Part shown: positions 58,926-64,000 of the stretch, in pieces
Position numbering within the stretch: position 1 is the first letter of the stretch
Layout: the number at the start of each line of letters is the position of its first letter
NCBI GenBank assembly: GCA_963741955.1
Contig: CAVUKB010000005.1
Location: 352,001 to 416,000 of the forward strand
Direction: 5' to 3'
DNA from: an uncultured Acidobacteriota bacterium
GTDB lineage: Bacteria; Acidobacteriota; Thermoanaerobaculia; Gp7-AA8
Length of the DNA stretch: 64,000 bases
The notes under the pieces: model-generated
What the model saw: only the letters and a program-made list of their open reading frames with translations
Database searches by the model: none
What the model was told of the DNA's origin: nothing
Made by a program: the position numbers and the translations under genes

Positions 58926-61048
58926 CGAAGATCCGGCGGTACAAGCTCGAGTCCCCCGCGCGAACCAGGAACTACCGCGTCCGCTACGAGGATCAGCTCA
59001 ACAGCGAACAGCTCGAGGTGGTGATGGCGGGAGACGGGCCGATGCTGGTCATCGCCGGCGCCGGCACCGGGAAGACCCGTACTCTCACCTACCGCGTCTC
59101 ACGGCTGATCGAAGACGGAGTCGATCCTTCTTCCATTCTCCTCGTCACGTTCACCAACAAAGCAGCCCGCGAGATGCTCGGCCGCGTCGAGGAGCTCGTC
59201 GCAATCGATACCCGCAGTATCTCCGGCGGAACGTTCCACTCGGTCGGAAACCGCCTCCTCCGCCAACACGCCGAGCGACTCGGTTACCGCTCGAATTTCT
59301 CCATCCTCGACTCCGAGGATTCGAAGGAGATGATGGAGACGGCGATCACCGCCGCCGGGATTCCGACGCTCGAGAAACGATTCCCGAAAGGGGACGTCCT
59401 CCTCGAGATCCATTCGTTCGTCGCCAACACCGCGACCCCGCTCGAGGCACATCTCGAAGAGAACTACCCGCACTTCGCTACCTGGCTCTCGGAGATCCGG
59501 AGCGTCTTCGCGCAGTATGCGCATCGCAAGCTCGAGGCGAACGTGATGGACTTCGACGATCTCCTCCTCAACTGGAAGCGTCTCCTCGACGAGCATCCGG
59601 AGGCCGCGGAAGTACTCCGGATCCGCTACCGCCATCTTCTGGTCGACGAGTATCAGGACACGAACCGGCTCCAGGCGGAGATCATCGACTCCATGGCTGC
59701 GCACCACCGCAACGTGATGGTCGTCGGGGATGATGCACAGTCGATCTACTCGTTCCGTGGTGCATCGTTCGAGAACATCATCACGTTTCCGCAGCGCTTT
59801 CCCGACGCGCGCGTGTTCAAGCTGGAGACGAACTACCGCTCGTCGCCCCAGATCCTCTCCCTCGCCAACGCCGCGATCGCACACAACCGCTTCCAGTTTC
59901 CGAAGCAGCTTCACGCCGTCCGCGGCTCCGGACCCGATCCGGCGATGGTCGGCGTCGACGACGTCTACGAGCAGGCGTCCTTCGTCGCTCAGCGCATCCT
60001 CGAGCTCCGCGACGAAGGAGAATCGCTCGACGAGATCGCCATCCTCTACCGCTCCCACTACCAGTCTCTGGAACTGCAGATGGAGCTCTCCCGACGGATG
60101 ATCCCCTACGAGATCCGCTCCGGCGTCCGCTTCTTCGAACAGGCCCACATCAAAGACGTCCTCGGGTACCTGAAGATCATCACCAATCCGACCGATGAGC
60201 TCTCCTGGAAACGAACGCTGAAGCTCTATCCGAAGATCGGCACCCGCACTGCGTCCGAGATCTGGAGCGAGCTCTCCCGATCCCGCGACCCTCTCGGCAC
60301 TTTCCTCGCCGGAAGGATCCAGATCCGCAGCCGCGGAGCGGGAGAGAGCGTTCGGAGTCTCCGACACACCCTCGAGACTCTCAGCCGTGATGCGATGAAG
60401 CGCAGCCCGTCCGAAGCGATCCGGCTCATCCTGACGGAAGGGTACGGTGATTACGTCCGGGCGAAGTTTCCGAACTCCGACGCGCGTCTCGACGACCTCG
60501 AGCAGCTGTCGAATTACGCACTTAGGTACGACGACGTCGACGCGTTTCTGAACGAGCTCGCCCTGTCGAACCCTCTCAGCGGCGAGGACGTCGCCGCTCT
60601 CGCATCCGAAGACGAGAGAGTGATCCTCTCGTCGGTGCACCAGGCGAAAGGGCTGGAGTGGAGGACCGTGTTCGTCATCTGGCTCGCCGACGGACGCTTC
60701 CCCTCGGTGCGGGCGATGCGCGGAACGGGCGCCATCATCCGGATCAGGAAAAACGCGCCGCCGATCCCCGAAGTGCCGGTGGAGAAGCTCCTCACCGGAA
60801 ATGCGGAAGGTGGAGATGAGCCGGTGTACGCGACGGTCGATCGCGGCGAGGAGATCGAACTCTCCATTCCCGGTGAAGAGGAGGAACGGCGGCTGTTCTA
60901 CGTCGCGCTCACCCGAGCGATGAACGAGGTCTACCTCGTCTACCCGGTGATGGCCCGCGACCGGATGCAGATGGACGTGCTGATGGAGCCGTCCCGATTC
61001 GTGCGCGAGCTCCCCGGCGATCTGTACGAGAAGTGGGTGATCGGCTAA
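58922..61048 (+). CDS. UvrD/PcrA-like SF1 DNA helicase
   Basis: AGAGTGKT, TFTNKAA, DEYQD, GDDAQSIY, NYRS, HQAKGLE, EERRLFYVALTRA. Confidence 0.94.
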   Translation: MTKIRRYKLESPARTRNYRVRYEDQLNSEQLEVVMAGDGPMLVIAGAGTGKTRTLTYRVSRLIEDGVDPSSILLVTFTNKAAREMLGRVEELVAIDTRSISGGTFHSVGNRLLRQHAERLGYRSNFSILDSEDSKEMMETAITAAGIPTLEKRFPKGDVLLEIHSFVANTATPLEAHLEENYPHFATWLSEIRSVFAQYAHRKLEANVMDFDDLLLNWKRLLDEHPEAAEVLRIRYRHLLVDEYQDTNRLQAEIIDSMAAHHRNVMVVGDDAQSIYSFRGASFENIITFPQRFPDARVFKLETNYRSSPQILSLANAAIAHNRFQFPKQLHAVRGSGPDPAMVGVDDVYEQASFVAQRILELRDEGESLDEIAILYRSHYQSLELQMELSRRMIPYEIRSGVRFFEQAHIKDVLGYLKIITNPTDELSWKRTLKLYPKIGTRTASEIWSELSRSRDPLGTFLAGRIQIRSRGAGESVRSLRHTLETLSRDAMKRSPSEAIRLILTEGYGDYVRAKFPNSDARLDDLEQLSNYALRYDDVDAFLNELALSNPLSGEDVAALASEDERVILSSVHQAKGLEWRTVFVIWLADGRFPSVRAMRGTGAIIRIRKNAPPIPEVPVEKLLTGNAEGGDEPVYATVDRGEEIELSIPGEEEERRLFYVALTRAMNEVYLVYPVMARDRMQMDVLMEPSRFVRELPGDLYEKWVIG

Positions 61049-61069
61049 CCCGCATTATTCACGGGACTT

Positions 61070-61106
61070 CTACTGCGAAAACGGATCAGCGGTCGCGATC
61101 CGACCG
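61070..61106 (+). repeat. Degenerate MITE A internal fragment
   Basis: 29/37 match to 6008-6044. Confidence 0.5.
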
Positions 61107-61139
61107 CCATCTCCGCCGGCTCGTGACGCGCGTCCCGCG

Positions 61140-63629
61140 TCAGAACTGCACCAGCAGCCTCGCTGCGCGCAGCACGTCCTCCTCACTCGGAAGGAACGCC
61201 TCCTCCAGCGGCGGTGAGTACGGCACCGGAGTATCGACCGAGCCGACGATCCGCACCGGTGCGTCGAGATATTCGAACGCCTCTTCCTGGATGATCGCAG
61301 CGAGGCTCTCACCGATTCCACCGGTGCGCGTGTCCTCGTGCACGATCAGCACGCGGTTGCAGTGCCGCGCGAGGGCCAGGAGTGCAGTTCGGTCGAGTGG
61401 GGCGAGAGATCGGAGATCGAGAACCGCGGCCTCCACCCCCTCTGCCGACAACGTCCCCGCCACGCGCATCGCCACGTGGACGTACGCGCCGTAGGAGACG
61501 ATGGCGAGATCGGACCCTTCCCGCCGCAAGGCGGCTCTCCCGATCGGAAGTGCCGGAGCGCTCTCTTCGCCGAGGATCTGCCGGATCCGCGGATCTCGAT
61601 AGAGCGCGATGTGTTCGTAGTAGAGGACCGGATCGGGATCCGCCACTGCGCTCGCCATCAGGGAGCGCGCGTCTTCCGGCGTCGAGGGACAGACGATCTT
61701 CAGACCGGGCGTCCGGTAGAACCAGGCTTCGGTGTTCTGGCTGTGGTACGGACCCGCGTGACGCAGTCCGCCCCACGGCATCCGCACCACCATCGGCACT
61801 TCGCCGCCCCAGCGGTACCGGATCTTCGCCGCGTTGTTCACCAATTGATTGAATCCGGTCGCCACGAAGTCGTTGAACTGGATCTCGCCGATCGGCCGCC
61901 GTCCCGCGAGAGCGGCGCCGACGCACACCCCGAGCACTCCCCCTTCGGCCAACGGAGAATTCACGATCCGGTCACCGAACTCCTGCAGCAGCGGACGGAG
62001 CAGGAGAAACGCGTTCCCGTATTTTCCGCCCACGTCCTCCCCGTAGATGAAGACCCGGTCGTCGGTACGCAGCGCGTCGCCGACTCCCATCATCACCGCT
62101 TCGAGGAACGTCTTCCCTTTCGGGTCGAACGGCCGTCCGGCATCGAGCTCCGGCATCTGCAGGTCTGACCCCGCCTGCCTCCGCTCTTCTTCGAGGACCT
62201 CCACCTTCACCCTGGGCTTTTCGCCGCCGAACACTCCTCGACCTGCGAGCGAAGGCTCCGGCCATGGTGCATCGATCACGGCACGCGCTTCCCGTTCCAC
62301 GATCCCGGTCGCCTCGCGCTTCCACTCGTCCACTTCGTCCGCCGTGACCACCCCCTCCCGTTCGAGACGTGCAGTGTACGTGCGGATCGGATCGCGAACG
62401 GACCAGAAATCCCATAGCTCCTTCTCGACATACCCTCCCTCCGAGGGCGCCGGATACTCCCAGCCGCCGGCGGGGTCTTTCCCCAGATAGAGCATGTCGT
62501 CGTGATGAGCGTGGCCGCACATCCGCATCGCCACCAGCTCGATCAGGGTCGGTCCCTCGCCCGCTCTTGCGCGCTCCACGGCCCAGGCGAACGCCGCCGC
62601 CACCGCGTCTGCGTCCGTTCCGTCGATGGTGACGCCCGGGACGCCGTACCCCGCCGCCTTCTCCGCGAAGACGCGTGCTGCCGACTGGTCGGAGACGGGG
62701 GTCGAGAGCGCGGTCTGGTTGTTCTGCAGACAGAAGATAGCCGGCAGCTTCCGAGCCGCAGAGAGATTGATCGCCTCGTGCCATTCGCCGAGAGACGATC
62801 CCCCCTCGCCTATGAACGAGAGCGCCACCCGGCCGGAGCCCTCGAGATGGAACGCCATCGCGAGCCCCGCCACGGTCAACGTGGGGATCGCGAGCGGTGC
62901 CGATGCCGGAAGCACTCCCCAACCGAAATCGCCGACGTGGAGGTCCTTCCCGTTCATCGGTGGGCCCGCTTTCCCCATCTGCGCGCTCAGGACCATCCGG
63001 ACCGCTTCCGGGTCGTTGCGCATCGAGAGGACCACCCCGAGGTCCCGGATCACCGGCGCCACGACATCGCCGCGCCACGTCTCACCTTCCCGGAAATCCC
63101 GGCCGCGGCGCAGTCGGATTCCGGCGGCGTAGATCGCCTCCTGTCCGAGAGAGCGGAATCCCTTCCCCTGGAATGAAGCGCTTCCCCAACGGACTTCGCC
63201 GCCGGTGAAAAAGCTTTTCAGTCGATTGTCGACCGCTCGGGTGAGAATCATCCCCCGGAGTATTTCCCGTCGCTCGTCCGCTGCGAGTGATGCGGCGATC
63301 GCCTCGCGCACCAGAAATCCATCGCATCCTTTGATCAGTTCTTGCGTCGCCTGATCCAGCCGATCACTCCCCGAGACGCCGGGCGTGGTCTCGTCGAGCT
63401 GTCCCGGTGGCCGGAACGAGAGTGAATGGCGGAGCGCCCGGTGAAGCGGTTCGCGCAGATCCTGGATGGCCACCGGATCTCGATCCGGCTCGCGTCCCCC
63501 GCGCGCCGCTTCGAATGCTTCCAGAGCTGCGCGCAGCGCGAAGGGATACTGCTCAGCGACGAATGCTCCGAACCGAGAGCCGAGGCTCTGCGTCCGCGAA
63601 TCCGCGACGACCGACTCGATTTCTGCCAT
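61140..63629 (-). CDS. 2-oxoacid dehydrogenase E1 alpha/beta fusion (branched-chain type)
   Basis: GQEA, GEGG...QNN, RMCGH; GEDV, SPLAE, GPYHSQ, DLRSLAPLD. Confidence 0.88.
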   Translation of the reverse strand: MAEIESVVADSRTQSLGSRFGAFVAEQYPFALRAALEAFEAARGGREPDRDPVAIQDLREPLHRALRHSLSFRPPGQLDETTPGVSGSDRLDQATQELIKGCDGFLVREAIAASLAADERREILRGMILTRAVDNRLKSFFTGGEVRWGSASFQGKGFRSLGQEAIYAAGIRLRRGRDFREGETWRGDVVAPVIRDLGVVLSMRNDPEAVRMVLSAQMGKAGPPMNGKDLHVGDFGWGVLPASAPLAIPTLTVAGLAMAFHLEGSGRVALSFIGEGGSSLGEWHEAINLSAARKLPAIFCLQNNQTALSTPVSDQSAARVFAEKAAGYGVPGVTIDGTDADAVAAAFAWAVERARAGEGPTLIELVAMRMCGHAHHDDMLYLGKDPAGGWEYPAPSEGGYVEKELWDFWSVRDPIRTYTARLEREGVVTADEVDEWKREATGIVEREARAVIDAPWPEPSLAGRGVFGGEKPRVKVEVLEEERRQAGSDLQMPELDAGRPFDPKGKTFLEAVMMGVGDALRTDDRVFIYGEDVGGKYGNAFLLLRPLLQEFGDRIVNSPLAEGGVLGVCVGAALAGRRPIGEIQFNDFVATGFNQLVNNAAKIRYRWGGEVPMVVRMPWGGLRHAGPYHSQNTEAWFYRTPGLKIVCPSTPEDARSLMASAVADPDPVLYYEHIALYRDPRIRQILGEESAPALPIGRAALRREGSDLAIVSYGAYVHVAMRVAGTLSAEGVEAAVLDLRSLAPLDRTALLALARHCNRVLIVHEDTRTGGIGESLAAIIQEEAFEYLDAPVRIVGSVDTPVPYSPPLEEAFLPSEEDVLRAARLLVQF

Positions 63630-63725
63630 GGAACGAATCGTACGACAGCGAGCGCGATCGCGGAAGTGGAGAACGCCGAAGACGAACCGTGGTGCAGCGT
63701 TTCATGTGGCCTTACCCCACATTTC

Positions 63726-64000
63726 TCACACCGCCTCCCTGAGTGGAATTCTCTCTCTCAACCCGCCGAAACCGAGCTCGCCTGTGACCCGTGCCACTTC
63801 GTCCGGATTTCCTCCTCGGTACTCGAGATCGTTCAGCTTCACCGCAATCGGCGCGTCGGTAGAAACCGTCGCGAGCCGCTGCGAAAGAAACGCGATCTCG
63901 CGGCACGATTCGAGCTTCTTTCGGATCGAACCCGCACCCCGCACCGGCAGCTCCGCGACCTCGTCCACTCTCTCGTAGATCGCATCGAGGGTCCCGAAGG
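63726..64000 (-). CDS. Stand-alone 5'-3' exonuclease, 3' part (start outside the window)
   Basis: FGTLDAIYERVDE...AFLSQRLATV; stops before any polymerase domain. Confidence 0.8.
   Translation of the reverse strand, partial: FGTLDAIYERVDEVAELPVRGAGSIRKKLESCREIAFLSQRLATVSTDAPIAVKLNDLEYRGGNPDEVARVTGELGFGGLRERIPLREAV

Overview
GC-rich bacterial chromosome segment. The gene content (GWxTD protein, TPR-TonB-ExbB-ExbD-ExbD operon, Zn-ribbon hypothetical, heptamer repeats) suggests Acidobacteriota, but this is inference only. Most genes are housekeeping or metabolic: thiolase, ribBA, leucine-catabolism genes, crt/hbd, DEAD helicase, prfB with a +1 frameshift, lnt, pdhABC, ruvC, yebC, der, manC, a UvrD-like helicase, an E1 alpha/beta fusion and tRNA-Leu(CAA). 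The window starts inside an IS1182-family transposase. Main points of interest: (1) an unannotated ~205-nt multi-helix RNA on the minus strand (23145-23357) with a near-consensus sigma54 promoter, G-U wobbles that fix its strand and a U7 tail; (2) further sigma54-like promoters in front of small stress-type genes; (3) two MITE families, with IS1182-type ends joined twice to the CTAG at the end of the other family; (4) a divergent senA/senB (selenoneine) pair sharing overlapping -10 boxes, with no senC in the window; (5) 7-mer and 9-mer tandem arrays, one of which has entered a signal peptide; (6) two small membrane proteins missing from the ORF track. All family assignments come from motif recognition, not database searches.
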